Positions 8,607 through 17,411 of a DNA stretch of 39,629 bases are shown in pieces; positions within the stretch are counted from its first letter, which is position 1; every line of letters begins with the position of its first letter. Both the position numbers and the translations under genes were made by a program. This DNA is from Chthonomonadaceae bacterium (GTDB taxonomy: Bacteria; Armatimonadota; Chthonomonadetes; Chthonomonadales; Chthonomonadaceae), in contig DATGJU010000429.1 in the NCBI GenBank assembly GCA_035295045.1, forward strand, positions 1 through 39,629, read 5' to 3'. The notes under the pieces were generated by a model. It worked only from the letters and a program-made list of their open reading frames with translations, had not been told where the DNA came from and made no database searches.

Positions 8607-10280
8607 ATGCGCATCGAGGCACACAGTTGGCTTGCCCGCTGCCTGGCGATTGCCGCGCTGCTAACTCCTGCCGCTCTGGCCGGTGCGCAGCAGCCGCCCA
8701 CGGAGGTCGCGAAGCTGCCGCAGAAATCCGGCGGATTGAACGGCTACATCTCCTTCAGCCTGTCGAGGCCCCCCGACGCGTACCGCGCGGGCGTCTCATT
8801 CTACGTCGGCATCTGGCCGCTCCTGGACCGGCCGCTCGCCGGTTTCCAGATCGGCCTGCCATCGACCTGGATCATCCCGGACAACGCGGACTTCGACAAG
8901 CCACTCTGCCCGCCGGGCACGGTCGCGCGGGACAACTGGCCGGAGCGCGGACCGTTCTACCGTGACGTGTTCCAGACGATCGAAGGCGGCCTGGGCTACT
9001 GGGCCAGCACGCAGTTCTCCAGCGCCATCCCGAAGTATCGGATCAACGGCACGCCCGACGGGTACAGCCACGAGATTTCGTCGCCGGGATGGGGGTTCGG
9101 GCGCCCGGAGGCACTGGCGCCGGACGTGATGGGCATCGCCCAACTGAGCAACCGGCTCCTCGTCCCGCCGGACGGGCTGACCTTCTGGCGACTCTCGCGC
9201 GGCGGTCTCCTCGGCAACGCCTGGATGGCGCTTCCGATCGCCGAGGCCTACCGGAGGTCCAGTGCGCCGAGCGACGAGGCTCCGACCGGTAACCAGTGCT
9301 GGACGCTGTTCCTGAATGCCGCCAACTTCAAAGGGCCTGTCGCCTACTGGACGCCGGAGTCCTGGAGCCGCCTCTCGAAGGGCTATCGCGTCATCGACGG
9401 GCGCGGCCTCGATGCGCGGCCGGCGCTGATGAACGGCGGCGCGATGGAGTTCAACACCGTGCCCTATTTCGAGACGCGCGACGCGGCGGGCGTGACCTAC
9501 TCGCGCGTGCCACGACTGCTCTTTCCCACCGATCGGGAAGGCCGGCGCGTGCTGATGCAGGACATCACGATGTACTCCACGCAGGCCCTCGGCGACGGCG
9601 TCCGCGCCTGGATCGACGGGGCGAGCGCTCCAGAGCAGCCGTTCGGCAAGAGCGCGTCCTGGGCCGCCAGGGCGACGGCAAATCCGATCTCGTTCCGCCA
9701 GGGGCCGGGAAACGTACCGCTCGCGGGATTCGACACTATTGTAAAGACGGTCGTCGAAGGTTCCGCGCTCTGCCTCGAATGGACCGACCACGCCCAGCAC
9801 GGGGTCTTTCCGGAGTACTACAAGCAGGTCGGCCCGAAGCGGGTGGCGATACCGGCCTCTCAGGCGCCCGCTGGTCTCGCCGCCCAACGGTTCGCCGCGG
9901 CCGGGCCCGGCTCGCCCTACACGTCGCCCGCGCGGAACGTGAAAGGGCCGGACTGCTGGTCCGTTCCGGGGCCGGTTCGCGGCCCATTTTCAGCCGTGCT
10001 GTCCGATGGCTCCATCGTCACCTACGCATGGTATCGCTTCGTCGATCAGCCTTCGCTCCAAGGCCTCGGGCTGAGCGATGCGCAAAAAGCGCGCCTGCAG
10101 GCGTTTGTCGTCCGGCTGCATCGCCAGTGGCCGGCCAATCGCGACTACATTCCCGCTCCATCCAGCGGCGCCCTCGCCGACCTGGACCCTGCTCTGCTGG
10201 TCCGCCCGCCGAAGGGATTGGAAGCCGGCTATGTTCCGATCGTCACCAGCCAGCAGCGCCGCGGCCAGACTGCCAATTGA
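8607..10280 (+). CDS. Secreted hypothetical protein (557 aa), no domain recognised
   Basis: ATG is preceded by GAGAGGA. Signal peptide MRIEAHSWLARCLAIAALLTPAALAGAQQ. Balanced, Trp/Tyr-rich globular composition, unlike the overlapping Arg-rich ORFs. Confidence 0.8.
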   Translation: MRIEAHSWLARCLAIAALLTPAALAGAQQPPTEVAKLPQKSGGLNGYISFSLSRPPDAYRAGVSFYVGIWPLLDRPLAGFQIGLPSTWIIPDNADFDKPLCPPGTVARDNWPERGPFYRDVFQTIEGGLGYWASTQFSSAIPKYRINGTPDGYSHEISSPGWGFGRPEALAPDVMGIAQLSNRLLVPPDGLTFWRLSRGGLLGNAWMALPIAEAYRRSSAPSDEAPTGNQCWTLFLNAANFKGPVAYWTPESWSRLSKGYRVIDGRGLDARPALMNGGAMEFNTVPYFETRDAAGVTYSRVPRLLFPTDREGRRVLMQDITMYSTQALGDGVRAWIDGASAPEQPFGKSASWAARATANPISFRQGPGNVPLAGFDTIVKTVVEGSALCLEWTDHAQHGVFPEYYKQVGPKRVAIPASQAPAGLAAQRFAAAGPGSPYTSPARNVKGPDCWSVPGPVRGPFSAVLSDGSIVTYAWYRFVDQPSLQGLGLSDAQKARLQAFVVRLHRQWPANRDYIPAPSSGALADLDPALLVRPPKGLEAGYVPIVTSQQRRGQTAN

Positions 10281-10355
10281 CGCCGCGGCGTGTGTGAAGG
10301 GCCGTGTCACGCGTAGCAGGCGGCTTTCCGTCCGCAGCTCCTTGATCTGCCGCAA

Positions 10356-10397
10356 GGCCGCTTAGCGGCCCGGTGAGCCTTGCGAAACGGGCAAGGC
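10356..10397. terminator. Two short GC hairpins between convergent genes (possible terminators)
   Basis: GGCCGC-TTA-GCGGCC (10356-10370) and GCCTTGC-GAAACGG-GCAAGGC (10377-10397), between the + gene ending at 10280 and the - gene ending at 10421. No clear U-tract. Confidence 0.3.
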
Positions 10398-10420
10398 GGC
10401 TGAGCGGCGTCGGCAACGGC

Positions 10421-13270
10421 CTATACTTTGCCCAGATCCCGCCGAAGCGCCAGAATCTCCTCTTCCAGCTCCCGCTTCGTATCGTGGTCGTCGCGGCGCG
10501 CGGCGATATTGACCAGCGACTGAAGCGACCTGAGCATTATGGGCTTGTGGCGAATCGCGCGTGCGCGCGTAAGGCTCTCCAGGTACAGCGCTTGCGCGAC
10601 GGCGAGCTCGTTCTGCAGGAGCGCGACATATCCCAATCCCTGATAGGCAAAACAGGATCCCCACCGGTCTCCCTGGTCGAGCCACAGGGTCAGGCACTCC
10701 CGGAACATCGATTCGGCGCCGGCGAGATCGCCATCGTCAGCCGATATGTATCCCAGCCACAATAGCGGCCAGCCGATCTCCCAGCGGTCCCCGATCGCCC
10801 TCCAGAGCGATACGCTCTCCTGAAGAAGAACACTGGCCTCTTCAATAACGCCGGCCGTCCGCCGCAGGCATCCCAGCCAATGGAGCGCGTGCGCGGTAAC
10901 CTTTCGATCACCAAGCGTGCGCGCCAGGCTAAGAGCCGTTTCGACGAGATCGACCGCCCCCTCGACATCCCCCTGATTGAGAGCCAGCACCGAAATCCTG
11001 GAGAGCGCCATTGCGCGCAGGCTCGCCAGCGCGCTATCGTGTATCTCCCAATCCGGAGATCGCTCGCCTGGCGTCGCTCCTTCCAGCGCGTGACCGACGG
11101 CGGCTCTTCGGTCGACCGCGGCGTCGGCGCAGGCGCTCAGGGACAGTACGGAGTCGAGGAGCGCTCGCCCCTCGTCGAAGTACCCGCGGGCGTACCAGAA
11201 TCTCTGCAGCGCGGATAGGAAGCGCAGCGCCGGCTCCGCGGCGCCGGCTTCGATCGACCAGCCCAGCGCCGCGCGGAGATTATCGTGCTCGGTCTCGAGG
11301 CGGTCCAGCCACTCTCTCTGCTGGTGGCCCCTGAGTCCGGCCTCGGCCTCCTCCGCGAACGCCAGCATCCAGTCGCGGTGCCTGTCGCGCGGGGCGGTGA
11401 AGTCGCCGGCCTCGACGAACCGGTCGCGCGCATACTGGCGCACCGTCTCCAGCACGCGGTAGCGCGGCTGTCCGGACTCGTTTCCAAGCACCACCAGGGA
11501 CTTATCGGTCAGGCTCGCGAGCAAGTCCAGCACCTGCCACGATTCGATGCTCCCGTCCGCGCAGGCCGCCTCGGCGGCCTCCAATACCCAGCCTCCCGAG
11601 AAGATCGACAGCCGCTGAAGCACCGTGCGCTCCGACTCGGTCAGCAGATCGTAGCTCCAGTCGATCATGGCGCGTAGCGTCTGGTGGCGAGGCAACGCCG
11701 CCCGGCTTCCGCCCGTGAGAAGCCGAAACCGATCGTCCATGCGCGCGCCGATCTGCTCGGCCGTCAGCATCCTGGCGCGCGCGGCGGCGAGCTCGATCGC
11801 CAGCGGGATGCCGTCGAGCCGCCAGCAAACTGCGGCGATCGCGGCAGCGTTCTGGTCGGTAAAGCGAAAGTCCGGCGCGACAGCCCGCGCTCTCTCCAAG
11901 AAGAGCTGAACGGCCGGGCAGCGCTCCAGCGCCTCGCGCGTCTGCTGCTGGCGCGGATCCGGCACCGGGAGCGACGGCACCCGAAAACAGTGCTCGCCCG
12001 CAATGCCGAGGGGCTCGCGGCTCGTCGCCAGTACGTGGAGCTGCGCACAGGACCGAAGCAGCGCGTCTACCAGGCTTGCCACCGACTCCAGCAGGTGCTC
12101 GCAGTTGTCCAGCACCAGCAGGAGGCGTCTCGAGCGGATTGTGCGGGATAGGGTGGTAGAGATCGACTCGCCCGGATTCTGGCCAATTCCAAGCACGTCG
12201 GCGATGGATTGCGGCGCGAGGGACCCGTCGGACAGGGCGGCGAGCTCCACGAGCCATACGCCGTCATCGTACGACGGCAGGGCTGCGCGCGCGGCGATCT
12301 GCGCGAGCCGCGTCTTGCCGGTTCCCCCGCTGCCCGTGAGCGTGAGGAGGCGCGTCTCCGCGAGCAGCCCGTCGATGGCGGCGAGCTCATCGTCTCGGCC
12401 GATGAAGGACGTCAGCTGTGCGGGCAGATTGGTGCGCGGCTCCGCGGCCGACGTTGTCGCGACGGATGAAGGCGCCGACACGCCGGCCAGCGCCGCCGCC
12501 ATCTGCTCCGCGCTCTCAAATCGGTCGGCCGGGACCTTCGCCAGCGCGCGTGCCAGGATCGGGCGGACCGGTTCCGGTACGGCATCCGAAATAGCGGCAG
12601 GCTCCTCGCCGGTAATCGCGAGTAACAGCGAATAGAGGTCCGCCTGCGGGTAGGGCAGCGACCCCGTGACCATTTCGTGAAGCAGGATCCCTGCAGCCCA
12701 CACGTCGGAGGCGGCCGAGAACTGGCCCTTGAACGATTCGGGGGCCATGTAGGCCGGCGTGCCGGCCATATTCGTCGAGCGAGCGTCGGGCTTGAGGACC
12801 CGGGTCAGTCCGAAGTCGGTAAGGCACGGCGTCCCGCCCTTCATCAGGATGTTTTCCGGCTTCAGGTCGCGATGGATCAGGCTGTTCCGGTGCAGGTGGT
12901 GGAGGCCGTCGAGCACGCCCCGGATAATCGGCAGGACCTCCGCGAGCGTAGGGCGCTGTTCGCGCGGGCCGGCCATCCACTGCGCCAGGGTTCCACCAGC
13001 GACGTACTCGCTCGCGATCACGACCTGTCCATCGTAGACCTCGGCTTCGAGGACGGGCACGACGTTGGTGTGCCCGCTGGCTTGAAGCCAAACCTGTGCC
13101 TCGTGCCGGATTGCGTCGAGGTCGTCGAACGTCTCGCGTGGCAGCTTGAGCGCGACCCGGGTCGTCAGAAGTGAGGTGGCGCGCTCTGCGAGCCAGACCT
13201 CGCCGAAGGCGCCGCTTCCGAGCGAGCGGATAAGCGTATAGGGACCAATGGCGTCGCCTGGGTGGTGCAT
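10421..13270 (-). CDS. Ser/Thr protein kinase fused to STAND (NB-ARC/AAA-like) ATPase and TPR repeats
   Basis: Kinase motifs: GSGAFGEV, VALKLP, HRDLKPENIL, LTDFGL, YMAPES. Then Walker A LTGSGGTGKTRLA and Walker B LLLVLDNCEHL. The C-terminal ~350 aa has TPR-like repeats (ALHWLGCL..., WPLLWLGYI..., AYQGLGYVALLQNELAVAQALYLESL). Confidence 0.95.
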   Translation of the reverse strand: MHHPGDAIGPYTLIRSLGSGAFGEVWLAERATSLLTTRVALKLPRETFDDLDAIRHEAQVWLQASGHTNVVPVLEAEVYDGQVVIASEYVAGGTLAQWMAGPREQRPTLAEVLPIIRGVLDGLHHLHRNSLIHRDLKPENILMKGGTPCLTDFGLTRVLKPDARSTNMAGTPAYMAPESFKGQFSAASDVWAAGILLHEMVTGSLPYPQADLYSLLLAITGEEPAAISDAVPEPVRPILARALAKVPADRFESAEQMAAALAGVSAPSSVATTSAAEPRTNLPAQLTSFIGRDDELAAIDGLLAETRLLTLTGSGGTGKTRLAQIAARAALPSYDDGVWLVELAALSDGSLAPQSIADVLGIGQNPGESISTTLSRTIRSRRLLLVLDNCEHLLESVASLVDALLRSCAQLHVLATSREPLGIAGEHCFRVPSLPVPDPRQQQTREALERCPAVQLFLERARAVAPDFRFTDQNAAAIAAVCWRLDGIPLAIELAAARARMLTAEQIGARMDDRFRLLTGGSRAALPRHQTLRAMIDWSYDLLTESERTVLQRLSIFSGGWVLEAAEAACADGSIESWQVLDLLASLTDKSLVVLGNESGQPRYRVLETVRQYARDRFVEAGDFTAPRDRHRDWMLAFAEEAEAGLRGHQQREWLDRLETEHDNLRAALGWSIEAGAAEPALRFLSALQRFWYARGYFDEGRALLDSVLSLSACADAAVDRRAAVGHALEGATPGERSPDWEIHDSALASLRAMALSRISVLALNQGDVEGAVDLVETALSLARTLGDRKVTAHALHWLGCLRRTAGVIEEASVLLQESVSLWRAIGDRWEIGWPLLWLGYISADDGDLAGAESMFRECLTLWLDQGDRWGSCFAYQGLGYVALLQNELAVAQALYLESLTRARAIRHKPIMLRSLQSLVNIAARRDDHDTKRELEEEILALRRDLGKV

Positions 13271-13490
13271 CCGGATCTCGGGCTGCCTTCTCGCGCCGCG
13301 GCGCGGTACGAGTCATTCAAGCATTGTGAAGCGAACAGTTCAATTGGAAACGGCTGTTCCGTCTTCCGCCGTGCGAGTCCTTCCCGAATACCTATATGCT
13401 GAGGGCGGAATCATCGGAGGAATTCAGCGAGGCAGGCGCGAATCTCCCGTACTTTGGCGGGCAGGCCGCCGGGTTGGGAGAGGCGGCGGA

Positions 13491-14474
13491 ATGCCACAGA
13501 TCGTGGTCGAGAACCTTTGCAAATCGTTCCGGGTTGCGGAGCGCGATCCCGGCTTGTGGGGCGCGGTCCGTGGGCTGGCGCATCGCCGATACCGGACGGT
13601 CGAGGCCGTGCGCGACGTCACCTTCTCGCTCGAAGAGGGCGAACTGGTCGGCTACATCGGCCCGAACGGCGCGGGCAAATCGACGACCGTCAAAATCCTG
13701 TCCGGCATCCTGGTTCCCGACTCCGGCCGGTGCGAGGTGATGGGCGCCGTGCCGTGGCGAGACCGGACTCGCTATGTGGGCAGGATCGGCGTGGTGTTCG
13801 GCCAGCGGACGCAGCTCTGGTGGGACCTGCCCGTCATCGAATCGCTGGAGCTGATTCGCGACATCTACCGCGTGCCCAGCAACGCGTACCGCGAGACGCT
13901 CGATGAGCTGATCGCGCTTCTCGACCTTAAGTCGCTCCTCGACACGCCCGTCCGGCAGCTCAGCCTGGGCCAGCGGATGCGGTGCGATCTCGCCGGGTCC
14001 CTCATCCACCGGCCGCGCATCCTCTTCCTGGACGAGCCCACGATCGGCCTGGACGCCGTCTCCAAGCTGGCGCTGCGCGACTTCGTGCGCCGCCTCAATC
14101 GAGACCAGGGCGTTACCGTCATCCTCACGACGCACGATATGGACGACATCGAGGCGCTCTGCAGCCGCGTCATCGTCATCGGCCGCGGCGAGATCCTGTC
14201 CGACGGCTCGCTCGCGGCGCTCCGGGCCAGGGTGACGAACGAGCGGTGGCTCATCATCGACCTCGAGGACGAGGCGGCGATCGTGGAGGATGAGGACGCA
14301 GAGTCCGCCCGCACGGACACCGGCCGAGTCCGGCTTCGCTTCGACCCCGCGCGCGTCTCCACGGCAGAGCTGATCGGACGCGTCACCTCCCGATACGCGG
14401 TGCGCGACCTGTTTGTCGAGAACCCGCCCATCGAGGAGATCGTCGCCCGGCTCTACCGCGAGGCCTCGCCGTGA
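13491..14474 (+). CDS. ABC transporter ATP-binding protein (ABC-2 type exporter partner)
   Basis: ORF 13248..14474, but the ATG at 13491 after GGGAGAGGCGG gives the canonical N-terminus MPQIVVENLCKSF. Walker A GPNGAGKST, signature LSLGQRMR, Walker B ILFLDEPTIGLD, H-loop TTHD. Confidence 0.95.
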   Translation: MPQIVVENLCKSFRVAERDPGLWGAVRGLAHRRYRTVEAVRDVTFSLEEGELVGYIGPNGAGKSTTVKILSGILVPDSGRCEVMGAVPWRDRTRYVGRIGVVFGQRTQLWWDLPVIESLELIRDIYRVPSNAYRETLDELIALLDLKSLLDTPVRQLSLGQRMRCDLAGSLIHRPRILFLDEPTIGLDAVSKLALRDFVRRLNRDQGVTVILTTHDMDDIEALCSRVIVIGRGEILSDGSLAALRARVTNERWLIIDLEDEAAIVEDEDAESARTDTGRVRLRFDPARVSTAELIGRVTSRYAVRDLFVENPPIEEIVARLYREASP

Positions 14475-15262
14475 CGCCCTACCTTAGCCTCTACGGCGCG
14501 CGCTTCCGCACGCTGCTGCAGTACCGCTTGGCGGCGTTCGCCGGGTTCGGGACGCAGCTTTTCTGGGGAATCATCCGTATGATGATCTTCCAGGCGTTCT
14601 ACGATTCGAGCGCCATCGCGCAGCCGATGAGCCGGGCGCAGGCGGTCACCTACATCTGGCTCGGCCAGGCGATGCTCGGCCTGCTTCCCTGGAATCTCGA
14701 CGCCGACATCCGCGCGCTGATGCGGACCGGCACCGTCGCCTACGAGCTGCTCCGGCCGATGGACCTCTACGCGACCTGGTATGCGCGCGCGGTCGCCCAG
14801 CGGACGGCGCCGACGCTGCTCCGCTGTATCCCGCTGTTCCTGGTCGCGGGCCTGTTCTTTGGACTGCGGCCGCCCGCGTCGCCCGTCGCGTTCGTCGAGT
14901 GGCTTCTTACAACCGCGGGAGCAGTCGCGCTCGGCTGCGCCTTCGGCACGCTGATGAACGTGACGCTGGTCACGACGGTGGCCGGGGAGGGGATATGGCG
15001 GTTCGCCGCGCCGCTGACCTACACGCTTTCCGGCATGCTGATCCCAATTTCGCTTCTGCCGCCCGCGTTCATCCCCATCGTGAACGCGCTGCCGTTCCGC
15101 GGCCTGGTAGACACGCCGTTCCGCGCCTATCTCGGCCTGCTCACTCCGCGCGACCTGGCGTTTGGCCTGCTGCACCAGGCCTGCTGGACCATAGCGCTGG
15201 TAGCCACCGGCCGCATGCTCCTCCGCAGGACCATCGGCCACATGGTGATACAGGGCGGCTAG
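14471..15262 (+). CDS. ABC-2 family transporter permease (first of two)
   Basis: GTG start overlaps the ATPase stop (GTGA at 14471-14474). Six-helix hydrophobic protein (FGTQLFWGIIRMMIF..., LFLVAGLFFGL..., LVTTVAGEGIW...), typical of the uncharacterised ABC-2 permease pairs. Confidence 0.9.
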   Translation: MTPYLSLYGARFRTLLQYRLAAFAGFGTQLFWGIIRMMIFQAFYDSSAIAQPMSRAQAVTYIWLGQAMLGLLPWNLDADIRALMRTGTVAYELLRPMDLYATWYARAVAQRTAPTLLRCIPLFLVAGLFFGLRPPASPVAFVEWLLTTAGAVALGCAFGTLMNVTLVTTVAGEGIWRFAAPLTYTLSGMLIPISLLPPAFIPIVNALPFRGLVDTPFRAYLGLLTPRDLAFGLLHQACWTIALVATGRMLLRRTIGHMVIQGG

Positions 15263-15299
15263 GTTGGACAAGACTCCGTCAACGCAACCCCATAAGAGT

Positions 15300-15456
15300 C
15301 CCCCAGAATTGGGGGGTTGGGGGGCGAATCCAGAATTGCGGAGTCCGGGGCGCCCCCAGAATTGGGGGGGTTGGGAGGCGAATCCAGAATTGTGGAGTCC
15401 GCGGTGAATCCAGAATTGGGGGCTTGGGGCGCGAACCCGGAATTGGAGGCCAGGTG
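15300..15456. repeat. Three tandem copies of a ~53-bp G-rich repeat, each built from two ~26-bp half units sharing CCAGAATTG
   Basis: U1 15300-15352 CCCCCAGAATTGGGGGGTTGGGGGGCGAATCCAGAATTGCGGAGTCCGGGGCG. U2 15353-15406 CCCCCAGAATTGGGGGGGTTGGGAGGCGAATCCAGAATTGTGGAGTCCGCGGTG. U3 15407-15456 AATCCAGAATTGGGGGCTTGGGGCGCGAACCCGGAATTGGAGGCCAGGTG. CCCCC-AGAATT-GGGGG can form a hairpin. Confidence 0.85.
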
Positions 15457-16254
15457 ACCGACAGCGCACGCATGTATCTTAAGTTCGCCGGCGCCTGCCT
15501 GCGGAGCAAAATGCAGTACCGCGCGTCGTTTCTGCTCATGTCGGGCGGGCAGTTATTCTCGCTTGCGCTGGAATACGTCGCGATCTGGGCGCTGTTCGCC
15601 CGGTTCAGCAGCCTGCGCGGCTGGACGCTGCCGGAGATCGGCCTGTTCTACGGCGTCACGCATGGCTCGTTTGCGCTGGCCGAGATCGTCGGCCGCGGGT
15701 TCGACACGTTCCCGGACATGATCAAGAGCGGCGACTTCGACCGGCTGCTCGTGCGGCCGCGAAGCACGACGCTCCAGGTCGCAGGGCGCGAATTCGACGG
15801 TCGATTCGGCCGGCTGCTCCAGGCGGCGATTATCCTTGCATGGAGCCTGCACACGCTGCCCATCCACTGGACCGTCGCCAAAGCGGCAGTGCTCGTCTCG
15901 ATGGCGGCCGGTGCGGGCTGCCTCTTCTACGGACTGTTCGTAATCCAGGCGGCGCTCTCGTTCTGGACGGTTGAGGGGCTGGAGATCATGAATGCCGTCA
16001 CCTACGGCGGCACCGAAACGGGACAGTATCCGCTCACGATCTATCGGCCCTGGTTCCGCAGCATCTTCACCTTTCTCATCCCGCTCGCCTGCATCAACTA
16101 CCTGCCGGCAGGACTGATCTTCGCGCCAGGTCCGCGGGGCCTGTCGGCGGCGCCGCTGCTCGCGCTCTGCCCCGCGGCCGGCCTCCTGTTCCTCGGCGCG
16201 AGCCTCCTCGTCTGGCAGCTAGGCGTCCGTCGCTACTGCTCGACAGGCTCGTGA
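15454..16254 (+). CDS. ABC-2 family transporter permease (second of two)
   Basis: In frame within ORF 14899..16254. The GTG at 15454 lies 4 nt after GGAGG, which is contributed by the last repeat unit. The alternative ATG at 15472 has no RBS. Sequence (V)TDSARMYLKFAGACLRSKMQYRASFLLMSGGQLFSLALEYVAIWALF... is multi-helix and hydrophobic. Confidence 0.88.
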   Translation: MTDSARMYLKFAGACLRSKMQYRASFLLMSGGQLFSLALEYVAIWALFARFSSLRGWTLPEIGLFYGVTHGSFALAEIVGRGFDTFPDMIKSGDFDRLLVRPRSTTLQVAGREFDGRFGRLLQAAIILAWSLHTLPIHWTVAKAAVLVSMAAGAGCLFYGLFVIQAALSFWTVEGLEIMNAVTYGGTETGQYPLTIYRPWFRSIFTFLIPLACINYLPAGLIFAPGPRGLSAAPLLALCPAAGLLFLGASLLVWQLGVRRYCSTGS

Positions 16255-16445
16255 GCCGGGCACACTCTGGTAAAAGCACTGAATGCGCGGCGAAACCCTC
16301 AGTGGAATAATCCTCTTGGTGCGAGAGTAGGGGCGCGCATTTGTACCGACGCCCGGTACACAGGCGTCTCCCGGCCGTTCTATGGAGAGAACGGGGCGGG
16401 GCCCCGGCCGCATAAACGGCGCGCACTCGCAACGAGGAGGATCTA

Positions 16446-16685
16446 ATGCAGCTTGCAGAGGCAAAATCATACATTGGTAAAGTTTGCACGATACGCTTTC
16501 TAGACCGAACCGGTAGCGAACACGAAATCACGTCGCTCATCTACGACGCGACCTACGTGCCGCTCTATGGTGGCTACTTCGTGACCGATATGGACGATAT
16601 CCGGCTGGACCGCGCGATCTCGATCCGCGTGGATGGAGAGCGGACCGAGCCTGGCTTGCTTCGCGCGACCTGCGCGGCCGCCTGA
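16446..16685 (+). CDS. Small hypothetical protein (79 aa)
   Basis: Strong SD GAGGAGGA 5 nt before the ATG. Balanced composition (MQLAEAKSYIGKVCTIRFLDRTGSEHEITSLIYDATYVPLYGGYFVTDMDDIRLDRAISIRVDG...). Locally lower GC. No recognisable family. Confidence 0.6.
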   Translation: MQLAEAKSYIGKVCTIRFLDRTGSEHEITSLIYDATYVPLYGGYFVTDMDDIRLDRAISIRVDGERTEPGLLRATCAAA

Positions 16686-16756
16686 CATTACAGCGGGCCG
16701 GCCGACGGACGCTGACGCCGGCAGGGGCGAATGCTCCGCGACGAAGGACCCAAGGC

Positions 16757-16787
16757 GAGCGCCGGCCGCTCTGCGCGGCCGGCGCTC
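16757..16787. terminator. Perfect 13-bp GC hairpin between convergent genes (bidirectional terminator candidate)
   Basis: GAGCGCCGGCCGC-TCTGC-GCGGCCGGCGCTC, followed by CTGTGTACTGTTG. It lies between the + ORF ending at 16685 and the - receiver gene ending at 16842. Confidence 0.6.
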
Positions 16788-16841
16788 CTGTGTACTGTTG
16801 CGCTCGCGCGGCGGGTTCTCGGCTGAAACTTCTGCCCGCGA

Positions 16842-17294
16842 TCAGTCCGTGGCCGCTCCGCCTCCCGTGCGGCCGGCGAGGGCCAGGCGGTCGAGCGATC
16901 GCATGGTCGCGCGGCGCTGCTGAAGCGCCCGGTCGACCTTCAGCATCAGCAGCTCGAAGACGTCGACTTCGGGGATGTTCTTCTCGACGTAGTCGAAGGC
17001 GCCATGCTGCATGCACTCCACCGCGTTCTTCACGTTGCCGTACGCCGTCAGGACGATCACTTCGGTGAACACGTCCCGTTGCACGGCGGCCTTGAGCATT
17101 TTTAGACCGCTCTCCCCGTCCTCCATGCTCATGTCCGTGATCACGACGTCGTACGAGGCGCCAGGCGCGTTAATGGCCTCGATACCCTCCGCGGCGCTTC
17201 CCGCCGTGGTCACCGTGTGGCCGTCGCGCTCGAGGCGGCGCTTTACGGCCACCCGCACTTCGTCCTCGTCATCGACGCACAGAATCCTGCTCAT
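16842..17294 (-). CDS. Stand-alone response-regulator receiver (CheY-like) with short C-terminal helical tail
   Basis: MSRILCVDDEDEVR..., phospho-acceptor context DVVITDMSMEDGESG, VLTAYG, FDYVEKN. Confidence 0.9.
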   Translation of the reverse strand: MSRILCVDDEDEVRVAVKRRLERDGHTVTTAGSAAEGIEAINAPGASYDVVITDMSMEDGESGLKMLKAAVQRDVFTEVIVLTAYGNVKNAVECMQHGAFDYVEKNIPEVDVFELLMLKVDRALQQRRATMRSLDRLALAGRTGGGAATD

Positions 17295-17411
17295 CCATCG
17301 CTCCCGTCAATAAGTCTGCCGTCAGTATGGCGGCGCGGCCCCTCAAGGTCTGCTGGTGTTCTCAATCCGTGAAGTCGGCGCAATCTGTGGATGGAGTTCC
17401 GAGTCCGCGGC

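Noticed and set aside
13248-13490. Upstream extension of the ABC ATPase ORF, overlapping the kinase start
   Set aside because: The extension is non-ABC-like and overlaps the divergent kinase gene start and promoter region. The ATG at 13491 has an RBS and gives the canonical ABC N-terminus.
15311-15324. G-quadruplex from GGGGGGTTGGGGGG runs
   Set aside because: The G-tracts are suggestive, but four properly spaced tracts with short loops are not evident on one strand without splitting runs. I cannot support this without a dedicated predictor or biophysical data.
15300-15456. Possible CRISPR array
   Set aside because: The units are directly abutting tandem repeats with no unique spacers. The period is ~26/53 bp, there are only three full copies, no cas genes are in the window, and the array sits inside an operon.
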